Shown here piece by piece: positions 13,801 through 27,093 of a stretch of DNA of 64,000 nucleotides. The position numbers were made by a program, and so were the translations under genes. Position 1 is the stretch's first letter. Every line of letters begins with the position of its first letter. The notes below the pieces were generated by a model. It was not told the origin of the DNA. It did not search any database and saw only the letters and a program-made list of their open reading frames with translations. Location: NCBI RefSeq assembly GCF_009914755.1, contig NC_060939.1. One strand, 5' to 3'. This DNA is from the human T2T-CHM13v2.0 reference genome, Homo sapiens.

Positions 13801-16225
13801 ACTGCATTCCATTCCACTCCATTCCATATTATTCCATTACACTCCATTCCATTCTATTACTTTCATTTCCATTCAATTCCATTCCATTTGATTCCATTCC
13901 ACTCGGTTTCATTCCATTTGAGTCCACTCCATTCCATTCCATTCCATTCAGTTCCATTCCATTCTGTTCCATTCCATTCCATTCCATTCGGTACCATTCC
14001 ATATTGTTCCATTCGATTCCATTCGAATCCATTCCATTCCAGTCCATTCCATTCGATTCCATTCCATTCATTTCAATTCCATTCCATTCCATTCCATTAC
14101 ATTCCACTTGATTCCTCTCCATTCCCTTCCACTGCATTCCGTTCGATTCCATTCCATTGCATTGCATTCCATTCCATTGGATTGCATTCCATTCGATTCC
14201 ATTCCATTCGAATCAATTACATAGCAATCCATTACATTCGAGTCTATTCTCTTCCGTTCCATTCGATTTCGTTCCAATCCATTCGATTCCATTCCATTCG
14301 ATTCCATTCCATACTATTGCATTCCATTCGATTACATTATATTCGAATAAGTTCCATTCAAGACCATTTCTTTTGAGTCCATTCTATTTGAGTCCATTCC
14401 CTTTGATTCCATAACATTTGAGTCCATTCAATTCCATTCCTTTCGTTTCCATTCCATTTGATGCCATTCCATTCAATTCTGTTCTACTCGACTCCAATAC
14501 ATTCAATTCCATTCCATCCGATTCCATTACATTCTTTTCATTTCTTATCCATTTCAAGCCATTCCACTCCATTCCATTCCACTCGTTTCCTTTCCATTCG
14601 AGTCCATTCCTCTCCAGTCCATTCCGTTCAATCCATTCCATTCCAGTCCATTCCATTCGAGTCCGTTCCATTCCAGTCCATTCCATTCGAGTCAATTCCA
14701 TTCCATTCGATGTCTTTCCATAACGATCCATTCCATTCTATTCCTTTCGATTCCATTCCATTCTATTTCATTCCATTCGATTCCCTTCCATTGGACTCCT
14801 TTCCATTCGAGTGCATTCCATTCCGTTCCATTTCTTTCCGTTCTGTACGATTCCTACCGTTCGATTTCATTTTCTTCCAGTCCATTCTTTCGCGTCCATT
14901 CCATTCCATTTCACTCCATTCGATTCCATTCCACTCGATTCCACTTCGTTCCATTTCATTGCATTCCATTCTATTCAACTCTATTGCCTTCCATTCCATT
15001 CCATTCGATTACATTCCATGCGATTCCATTCGAAATCGAATCAATTACATTGCAATCCATTACTATTGAGTCCGTTTTATTCCAGTCCACTGCATTCTGG
15101 TCCATTCCATTTGATTCCATTCCATTCTATTCCATTCCATACAGTTGCATTCCATTGGATTCCATGCTATATCTATAAATTCAATTCGAGACCATTGCTT
15201 TTGAGTCCATTCTATATGATTCCATTCCATTCAAGTCCATTACATTTGGTTAAATTCCATTCCATTCGGTTCAATTCCATTCCATTCCATTCCCTTCCAT
15301 TCCATTCCAGTTGATATCAATCCATTCGATTCCATTCCATTCGAGCACATTCCATTCGAGTCCATTCCATTCGATGCCATTCCATTTGATTCTATTCCAT
15401 TAGTCTCCATTCAATTCCATTAATCTCCATTCCATTCCATTCTACTCCAACTGATTCCATTCCATTCTATTCCTTTCCATTCCATTTCATTCCATTCCAT
15501 TCCATTCCATTCCATTCCATTCCATTCGTGTCCATTCCACTCCAGTCCATTCCATTCGTATCCATTCCATTCCAGTCTATTCCATTTGTGTCCACTGCAT
15601 TCCATTCCACTCCATTCCATATTATTCCATTACACTCCATTCCATTCTATTACTTTCATTTCCATTCAATTCCATTCCATTTGATTCCATTCCACTCGGT
15701 TTCATTCCATTTGAGTCCACTCCATTCCATTCCATTCCATTCAGTTCCATTCCATTCTGTTCCATTCCATTCCGTTCCATTACATTCCATTCCATTCGGT
15801 ACCATTCCATATTGTTCCATTCGATTCCATTCGAATCCATTCCATTCCAGTCCATTCCATTCGATTCCATTCCATTCATTTCAATTCCATTCCATTCCAT
15901 TCCATTACATTCCACTTGATTCCTCTCCATTCCCTTCCACTGTATTCCGTTCGATTCCATTCCATTGCATTGCATTCCATTCCATTGTATTGCATTCCAT
16001 TCGATTCCATTCCATTCGAATCAATTACATAGCAATCCATTACATTCGAGTCTATTCTATTCCGTTCCATTCGATTTCGTTCCAATCCATTCGATTCCAT
16101 TCCATTCGATTCCATTCCATACTATTGCATTCCATTCGATTACATTATATTCGAATAAGTTCCATTCAAGACCATTTCTTTTGAGTCCATTCTATTTGAG
16201 TCCATTCCCTTTGATTCCATAACAT

Positions 16226-19200
16226 TTGAGTCCATTCAATTCCATTCCTTTCGTTTCCATTCCATTTGATGCCATTCCATTCAATTCTGTTCTACTCGAC
16301 TCCAATACATTCAATTCCATTCCATCCGATTCCATTACATTCTTTTCATTTCTTATCCATTTCAAGCCATTCCACTCCATTCCATTCCACTCGTTTCCTT
16401 TCCATTCGAGTCCATTCCTCTCCAGTCCATTCCGTTCAATCCATTCCATTCCAGTCCATTCCATTCGAGTCCGTTCCATTCCAGTCCATTCCATTCGAGT
16501 CAATTCCATTCTATTCGATGTCTTTCCATAACGATCCATTCCATTCTATTCCTTTCGATTCCATTCCATTCTATTTCATTCCATTCGATTCCCTTCCATT
16601 GGACTCCTTTCCATTCGAGTGCATTGCATTCCGTTCCATTTCTTTCCGTTCTGTACGATTCCTACCGTTCGATTTCATTTTGTTCCAGTCCATTCTTTCG
16701 CGTCCATTCCATTCCATTTCACTCCATTCGATTCCATTCCACTCGATTCCACTTCGTTCCATTTCATTGCATTCCATTCTATTCAACTCTATTGCCTTCC
16801 ATTCCATTCCATTCGATTACATTCCATGCGATTCCATTCGAAATCGAATCAATTACATTGCAATCCATTACTATTGAGTCCGTTTTATTCCAGTCCACTG
16901 CATTCTGGTCCATTCCATTTGATTCCATTCCATTCTATTCCATTCCATACAGTTGCATTCCATTGGATTCCATGCTATATCTATAAATTCAATTCGAGAC
17001 CATTGCTTTTGAGTCCATTCTATATGATTCCATTCCATTCAAGTCCATTACATTTGGTTAAATTCCATTCCATTCGGTTCAATTCCATTCCATTCCATTC
17101 CCTTCCATTCCATTCCAGTTGATATCAATCCATTCGATTCCATTCCATTCGAGCACATTCCATTCGAGTCCATTCCATTCGATGCCATTCCATTTGATTC
17201 TATTCCATTAGTCTCCATTCAATTCCATTAATCTCCATTCCATTCCATTCTACTCCAACTGATTCCATTCCATTCTATTCCTTTCCATTCCATTTCATTC
17301 CATTCCATTCCATTCCATTCCATTCCATTCCATTCGTGTCCATTCCACTCCAGTCCATTCCATTCGTATCCATTCCATTCCAGTCCATTCCATTTGTGTC
17401 CACTGCATTCCATTCCACTCCATTCCATATTATTCCATTACACTCCATTCCATTCTATTACTTTCATTTCCATTCAATTCCATTCCATTTGATTCCATTC
17501 CACTCGGTTTCATTCCATTTGAGTCCACTCCATTCCATTCCATTCCATTCAGTTCCATTCCATTCTGTTCCATTCCATTCCGTTCCATTACATTCCATTC
17601 CATTCGGTACCATTCCATATTGTTCCATTCGATTCCATTCGAATCCATTCCATTCCAGTCCATTCCATTCGATTCCATTCCATTCATTTCAATTCCATTC
17701 CATTCCATTCCATTACATTCCACTTGATTCCTCTCCATTCCCTTCCACTGCATTCCGTTCGATTCCATTCCATTGCATTGCATTCCATTCCATTGGATTG
17801 CATTCCATTCGATTCCATTCCATTCGAATCAATTACATAGCAATCCATTACATTCGAGTCTATTCTCTTCCGTTCCATTCGATTTCGTTCCAATCCATTC
17901 GATTCCATTCCATTCGATTCCATTCCATACTATTGCATTCCATTCGATTACATTATATTCGAATAAGTTCCATTCAAGACCATTTCTTTTGAGTCCATTC
18001 TATTTGAGTCCATTCCCTTTGATTCCATAACATTTGAGTCCATTCAATTCCATTCCTTTCGTTTCCATTCCATTTGATGCCATTCCATTCAATTCTGTTC
18101 TACTCGACTCCAATACATTCAATTCCATTCCATCCGATTCCATTACATTCTTTTCATTTCTTATCCATTTCAAGCCATTCCACTCCATTCCATTCCACTC
18201 GTTTCCTTTCCATTCGAGTCCATTCCTCTCCAGTCCATTCCGTTCAATCCATTCCATTCCAGTCCATTCCATTCGAGTCCGTTCCATTCCAGTCCATTCC
18301 ATTCGAGTCAATTCCATTCCATTCGATGTCTTTCCATAACGATCCATTCCATTCTATTCCTTTCGATTCCATTCCATTCTATTTCATTCCATTCGATTCC
18401 CTTCCATTGGACTCCTTTCCATTCGAGTGCATTCCATTCCGTTCCATTTCTTTCCGTTCTGTACGATTCCTACCGTTCGATTTCATTTTTTTCCAGTCCA
18501 TTCTTTCGCGTCCATTCCATTCCATTTCACTCCATTCGATTCCATTCCACTCGATTCCACTTCGTTCCATTTCATTGCATTCCATTCTATTCAACTCTAT
18601 TGCCTTCCATTCCATTCCATTCGATTACATTCCATGCGATTCCATTCGAAATCGAATCAATTACATTGCAATTCATTACTATTGAGTCCGTTTTATTCCA
18701 GTCCACTGCATTCTGGTCCATTCCATTTGATTCCATTCCATTCTATTCCATTCCATACAGTTGCATTCCATTGGATTCCATGCTATATCTATAAATTCAA
18801 TTCGAGACCATTGTTTTTGAGTCCATTCTATATGATTCCATTCCATTCAAGTCCATTACATTTGGTTAAATTCCATTCCATTCGGTTCAATTCCATTCCA
18901 TTCCATTCCCTTCCATTCCATTCCAGTTGATATCAATCCATTCGATTCCATTCCATTCGAGCACATTCCATTCGAGTCCATTCCATTCGATGCCATTCCA
19001 TTTGATTCTATTCCATTAGTCTCCATTCAATTCCATTAATCTCCATTCCATTCCATTCTACTCCAACTGATTCCATTCCATTCTATTCCTTTCCATTCCA
19101 TTTCATTCCATTCCATTCCATTCCATTCCATTCCATTCCATTCCATTCGTGTCCATTCCACTCCAGTCCATTCCATTCGTATCCATTCCATTCCAGTCCA

Positions 19201-22200
19201 TTCCATTTGTGTCCACTGCATTCCATTCCACTCCATTCCATATTATTCCATTACACTCCATTCCATTCTATTACTTTCATTTCCATTCAATTCCATTCCA
19301 TTTGATTCCATTCCACTCGGTTTCATTCCATTTGAGTCCACTCCATTCCATTCCATTCCATTCAGTTCCATTCCATTCTGTTCCATTCCATTCCGTTCCA
19401 TTACATTCCATTCCATTCGGTACCATTCCATATTGTTCCATTCGATTCCATTCGAATCCATTCCATTCCAGTCCATTCCATTCGATTCCATTCCATTCAT
19501 TTCAATTCCATTCCATTCCATTCCATTACATTCCACTTGATTCCTCTCCATTCCCTTCCACTGCATTCCGTTCGATTCCATTCCATTGCATTGCATTCCA
19601 TTCCATTGGATTGCATTCCATTCGATTCCATTCCATTCGAATCAATTACATAGCAATCCATTACATTCGAGTCTATTCTCTTCCGTTCCATTCGATTTCG
19701 TTCCAATCCATTCGATTCCATTCCATTCGATTCCATTCCATACTATTGCATTCCATTCGATTACATTATATTCGAATAAGTTCCATTCAAGACCATTTCT
19801 TTTGAGTCCATTCTATTTGAGTCCATTCCCTTTGATTCCATAACATTTGAGTCCATTCAATTCCATTCCTTTCGTTTCCATTCCATTTGATGCCATTCCA
19901 TTCAATTCTGTTCTACTCGACTCCAATACATTCAATTCCATTCCATCCGATTCCATTACATTCTTTTCATTTCTTATCCATTTCAAGCCATTCCACTCCA
20001 TTCCATTCCACTCGTTTCCTTTCCATTCGAGTCCATTCCTCTCCAGTCCATTCCGTTCAATCCATTCCATTCCAGTCCATTCCATTCGAGTCCGTTCCAT
20101 TCCAGTCCATTCCATTCGAGTCAATTCCATTCCATTCGATGTCTTTCCATAACGATCCATTCCATTCTATTCCTTTCGATTCCATTCCATTCTATTTCAT
20201 TCCATTCGATTCCCTTCCATTGGACTCCTTTCCATTCGAGTGCATTCCATTCCGTTCCATTTCTTTCCGTTCTGTACGATTCCTACCGTTCGATTTCATT
20301 TTTTTCCAGTCCATTCTTTCGCGTCCATTCCATTCCATTTCACTCCATTCGATTCCATTCCACTCGATTCCACTTCGTTCCATTTCATTGCATTCCATTC
20401 TATTCAACTCTATTGCCTTCCATTCCATTCCATTCGATTACATTCCATGCGATTCCATTCGAAATCGAATCAATTACATTGCAATTCATTACTATTGAGT
20501 CCGTTTTATTCCAGTCCACTGCATTCTGGTCCATTCCATTTGATTCCATTCCATTCTATTCCATTCCATACAGTTGCATTCCATTGGATTCCATGCTATA
20601 TCTATAAATTCAATTCGAGACCATTGTTTTTGAGTCCATTCTATATGATTCCATTCCATTCAAGTCCATTACATTTGGTTAAATTCCATTCCATTCGGTT
20701 CAATTCCATTCCATTCCATTCCCTTCCATTCCATTCCAGTTGATATCAATCCATTCGATTCCATTCCATTCGAGCACATTCCATTCGAGTCCATTCCATT
20801 CGATGCCATTCCATTTGATTCTATTCCATTAGTCTCCATTCAATTCCATTAATCTCCATTCCATTCCATTCTACTCCAACTGATTCCATTCCATTCTATT
20901 CCTTTCCATTCCATTTCATTCCATTCCATTCCATTCCATTCCATTCCATTCCGTTCCATTCGTGTCCATTCCACTCCAGTCCATTCCATTCGTATCCATT
21001 CCATTCCAGTCCATTCCATTTGTGTCCACTGCATTCCATTCCACTCCATTCCATATTATTCCATTACACTCCATTCCATTCTATTACTTTCATTTCCATT
21101 CAATTCCATTCCATTTGATTCCATTCCACTCGGTTTCATTCCATTTGAGTCCACTCCATTCCATTCCATTCCATTCAGTTCCATTCCATTCTGTTCCATT
21201 CCATTCCGTTCCATTACATTCCATTCCATTCGGTACCATTCCATATTGTTCCATTCGATTCCATTCGAATCCATTCCATTCCAGTCCATTCCATTCGATT
21301 CCATTCCATTCATTTCAATTCCATTCCATTCCATTCCATTACATTCCACTTGATTCCTCTCCATTCCCTTCCACTGCATTCCGTTCGATTCCATTCCATT
21401 GCATTGCATTCCATTCCATTGGATTGCATTCCATTCGATTCCATTCCATTCGAATCAATTACATAGCAATCCATTACATTCGAGTCTATTCTCTTCCGTT
21501 CCATTCGATTTCGTTCCAATCCATTCGATTCCATTCCATTCGATTCCATTCCATACTATTGCATTCCATTCGATTACATTATATTCGAATAAGTTCCATT
21601 CAAGACCATTTCTTTTGAGTCCATTCTATTTGAGTCCATTCCCTTTGATTCCATAACATTTGAGTCCATTCAATTCCATTCCTTTCGTTTCCATTCCATT
21701 TGATGCCATTCCATTCAATTCTGTTCTACTCGACTCCAATACATTCAATTCCATTCCATCCGATTCCATTACATTCTTTTCATTTCTTATCCATTTCAAG
21801 CCATTCCACTCCATTCCATTCCACTCGTTTCCTTTCCATTCGAGTCCATTACTCTCCAGTCCATTCCGTTCAATCCATTCCATTCCAGTCCATTCCATTC
21901 GAGTCCGTTCCATTCCAGTCCATTCCATTCGAGTCAATTCCATTCTATTCGATGTCTTTCCATAACGATCCATTCCATTCTATTCCTTTCGATTCCATTC
22001 CATTCTATTTCATTCCATTCGATTCCCTTCCATTGGACTCCTTTCCATTCGAGTGCATTGCATTCCGTTCCATTTCTTTCCGTTCTGTACGATTCCTACC
22101 GTTCGATTTCATTTTGTTCCAGTCCATTCTTTCGCGTCCATTCCATTCCATTTCACTCCATTCGATTCCATTCCACTCGATTCCACTTCGTTCCATTTCA

Positions 22201-25200
22201 TTGCATTCCATTCTATTCAACTCTATTGCCTTCCATTCCATTCCATTCGATTACATTCCATGCGATTCCATTCGAAATCGAATCAATTACATTGCAATCC
22301 ATTACTATTGAGTCCGTTTTATTCCAGTCCACTGCATTCTGGTCCATTCCATTTGATTCCATTCCATTCTATTCCATTCCATACAGTTGCATTCCATTGG
22401 ATTCCATGCTATATCTATAAATTCAATTCGAGACCATTGCTTTTGAGTCCATTCTATATGATTCCATTCCATTCAAGTCCATTACATTTGGTTAAATTCC
22501 ATTCCATTCGGTTCAATTCCATTCCATTCCATTCCCTTCCATTCCATTCCAGTTGATATCAATCCATTCGATTCCATTCCATTCGAGCACATTCCATTCG
22601 AGTCCATTCCATTCGATGCCATTCCATTTGATTCTATTCCATTAGTCTCCATTCAATTCCATTAATCTCCATTCCATTCCATTCTACTCCAACTGATTCC
22701 ATTCCATTCTATTCCTTTCCATTCCATTTCATTCCATTCCATTCCATTCCATTCCATTCCATTCCATTCGTGTCCATTCCACTCCAGTCCATTCCATTCG
22801 TATCCATTCCATTCCAGTCCATTCCATTTGTGTCCACTGCATTCCATTCCACTCCATTCCATATTATTCCATTACACTCCATTCCATTCTATTACTTTCA
22901 TTTCCATTCAATTCCATTCCATTTGATTCCATTCCACTCGGTTTCATTCCATTTGAGTCCACTCCATTCCATTCCATTCCATTCAGTTCCATTCCATTCT
23001 GTTCCATTCCATTCCGTTCCATTACATTCCATTCCATTCGGTACCATTCCATATTGTTCCATTCGATTCCATTCGAATCCATTCCATTCCAGTCCATTCC
23101 ATTCGATTCCATTCCATTCATTTCAATTCCATTCCATTCCATTCCATTACATTCCACTTGATTCCTCTCCATTCCCTTCCACTGCATTCCGTTCGATTCC
23201 ATTCCATTGCATTGCATTCCATTCCATTGGATTGCATTCCATTCGATTCCATTCCATTCGAATCAATTACATAGCAATCCATTACATTCGAGTCTATTCT
23301 CTTCCGTTCCATTCGATTTCGTTCCAATCCATTCGATTCCATTCCATTCGATTCCATTCCATACTATTGCATTCCATTCGATTACATTATATTCGAATAA
23401 GTTCCATTCAAGACCATTTCTTTTGAGTCCATTCTATTTGAGTCCATTCCCTTTGATTCCATAACATTTGAGTCCATTCAATTCCATTCCTTTCGTTTCC
23501 ATTCCATTTAATGCCATTCCATTCAATTCTGTTCTACTCGACTCCAATACATTCAATTCCATTCCATCCGATTCCATTACATTCTTTTCATTTCTTATCC
23601 ATTTCAAGCCATTCCACTCCATTCCATTCCACTCGTTTCCTTTCCATTCGAGTCCATTCCTCTCCAGTCCATTCCGTTCAATCCATTCCATTCCAGTCCA
23701 TTCCATTCGAGTCCGTTCCATTCCAGTCCATTCCATTCGAGTCAATTCCATTCCATTCGATGTCTTTCCATAACGATCCATTCCATTCTATTCCTTTCGA
23801 TTCCATTCCATTCTATTTCATTCCATTCGATTCCCTTCCATTGGACTCCTTTCCATTCGAGTGCATTCCATTCCGTTCCATTTCTTTCCGTTCTGTACGA
23901 TTCCTACCGTTCGATTTCATTTTTTTCCAGTCCATTCTTTCGCGTCCATTCCATTCCATTTCACTCCATTCGATTCCATTCCACTCGATTCCACTTCGTT
24001 CCATTTCATTGCATTCCATTCTATTCAACTCTATTGCCTTCCATTCCATTCCATTCGATTACATTCCATGCGATTCCATTCGAAATCGAATCAATTACAT
24101 TGCAATTCATTACTATTGAGTCCGTTTTATTCCAGTCCACTGCATTCTGGTCCATTCCATTTGATTCCATTCCATTCTATTCCATTCCATACAGTTGCAT
24201 TCCATTGGATTCCATGCTATATCTATAAATTCAATTCGAGACCATTGTTTTTGAGTCCATTCTATATGATTCCATTCCATTCAAGTCCATTACATTTAGT
24301 TAAATTCCATTCCATTCGGTTCAATTCCATTCCATTCCATTCCCTTCCATTCCATTCCAGTTGATATCAATCCATTCGATTCCATTCCATTCGAGCACAT
24401 TCCATTCGAGTCCATTCCATTCGATGCCATTTCATTTGATTCTATTCCATTAGTCTCCATTCAATTCCATTAATCTCCATTCCATTCCATTCTACTCCAA
24501 CTGATTCCATTCCATTCTATTCCTTTCCATTCCATTTCATTCCATTCCATTCCATTCCATTCCATTCCATTCCATTCCATTCGTGTCCATTCCACTCCAG
24601 TCCATTCCATTCGTATCCATTCCATTCCAGTCCATTCCATTTGTGTCCACTGCATTCCATTCCACTCCATTCCATATTATTCCATTACACTCCATTCCAT
24701 TCTATTACTTTCATTTCCATTCAATTCCATTCCATTTGATTCCATTCCACTCGGTTTCATTCCATTTGAGTCCACTCCATTCCATTCCATTCCATTCAGT
24801 TCCATTCCATTCTGTTCCATTCCATTCCGTTCCATTACATTCCATTCCATTCGGTACCATTCCATATTGTTCCATTCGATTCCATTCGAATCCATTCCAT
24901 TCCAGTCCATTCCATTCGATTCCATTCCATTCATTTCAATTCCATTCCATTCCATTCCATTACATTCCACTTGATTCCTCTCCATTCCCTTCCACTGCAT
25001 TCCGTTCGATTCCATTCCATTGCATTGCATTCCATTCCATTGGATTGCATTCCATTCGATTCCATTCCATTCGAATCAATTACATAGCAATCCATTACAT
25101 TCGAGTCTATTCTCTTCCGTTCCATTCGATTTCGTTCCAATCCATTCGATTCCATTCCATTCGATTCCATTCCATACTATTGCATTCCATTCGATTACAT

Positions 25201-27093
25201 TATATTCGAATAAGTTCCATTCAAGACCATTTCTTTTGAGTCCATTCTATTTGAGTCCATTCCCTTTGATTCCATAACATTTGAGTCCATTCAATTCCAT
25301 TCCTTTCGTTTCCATTCCATTTGATGCCATTCCATTCAATTCTGTTCTACTCGACTCCAATACATTCAATTCCATTCCATCCGATTCCATTACATTCTTT
25401 TCATTTCTTATCCATTTCAAGCCATTCCACTCCATTCCATTCCACTCGTTTCCTTTCCATTCGAGTCCATTCCTCTCCAGTCCATTCCGTTCAATCCATT
25501 CCATTCCAGTCCATTCCATTCGAGTCCGTTCCATTCCAGTCCATTCCATTCGAGTCAATTCCATTCCATTCGATGTCTTTCCATAACGATCCATTCCATT
25601 CTATTCCTTTCGATTCCATTCCATTCTATTTCATTCCATTCGATTCCCTTCCATTGGACTCCTTTCCATTCGAGTGCATTCCATTCCGTTCCATTTCTTT
25701 CCGTTCTGTACGATTCCTACCGTTCGATTTCATTTTTTTCCAGTCCATTCTTTCGCGTCCATTCCATTCCATTTCACTCCATTCGATTCCATTCCACTCG
25801 ATTCCACTTCGTTCCATTTCATTGCATTCCATTCTATTCAACTCTATTGCCTTCCATTCCATTCCATTCGATTACATTCCATGCGATTCCATTCGAAATC
25901 GAATCAATTACATTGCAATTCATTACTATTGAGTCCGTTTTATTCCAGTCCACTGCATTCTGGTCCATTCCATTTGATTCCATTCCATTCTATTCTATTC
26001 CATACAGTTGCATTCCATTGGATTCCATGCTATATCTATAAATTCAATTCGAGACCATTGTTTTTGAGTCCATTCTATATGATTCCATTCCATTCAAGTC
26101 CATTACATTTGGTTAAATTCCATTCCATTCGGTTCAATTCCATTCCATTCCATTCCCTTCCATTCCATTCCAGTTGATATCAATCCATTCGATTCCATTC
26201 CATTCGAGCACATTCCATTCGAGTCCATTCCATTCGATGCCATTCCATTTGATTCTATTCCATTAGTCTCCATTCAATTCCATTAATCTCCATTCCATTC
26301 CATTCTACTCCAACTGATTCCATTCCATTCTATTCCTTTCCATTCCATTTCATTCCATTCCATTCCATTCCATTCCATTCCATTCCATTCCATTCGTGTC
26401 CATTCCACTCCAGTCCATTCCATTCGTATCCATTCCATTCCAGTCCATTCCATTTGTGTCCACTGCATTCCATTCCACTCCATTCCATATTATTCCATTA
26501 CACTCCATTCCATTCTATTACTTTCATTTCCATTCAATTCCATTCCATTTGATTCCATTCCACTCGGTTTCATTCCATTTGAGTCCACTCCATTCCATTC
26601 CATTCCATTCAGTTCCATTCCATTCTGTTCCATTCCATTCCGTTCCATTACATTCCATTCCATTCGGTACCATTCCATATTGTTCCATTCGATTCCATTC
26701 GAATCCATTCCATTCCAGTCCATTCCATTCGATTCCATTCCATTCATTTCAATTCCATTCCATTCCATTCCATTACATTCCACTTGATTCCTCTCCATTC
26801 CCTTCCACTGCATTCCGTTCGATTCCATTCCATTGCATTGCATTCCATTCCATTGGATTGCATTCCATTCGATTCCATTCCATTCGAATCAATTACATAG
26901 CAATCCATTACATTCGAGTCTATTCTCTTCCGTTCCATTCGATTTCGTTCCAATCCATTCGATTCCATTCCATTCGATTCCATTCCATACTATTGCATTC
27001 CATTCGATTACATTATATTCGAATAAGTTCCATTCAAGACCATTTCTTTTGAGTCCATTCTATTTGAGTCCATTCCCTTTGATTCCATAACAT
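16226..27093 (+). repeat. 3-unit tandem duplication (U10-U12 / U13-U15), offset 5434 bp
   Basis: Unit lengths run 1808, 1813, 1813 twice. U10/U13 share CTATTCGATG and GTGCATTGCA. U11, U12, U14 and U15 share TTTTTCCAG, GCAATTCATT and CCATTGTTTTTGAG. Confidence 0.85.
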
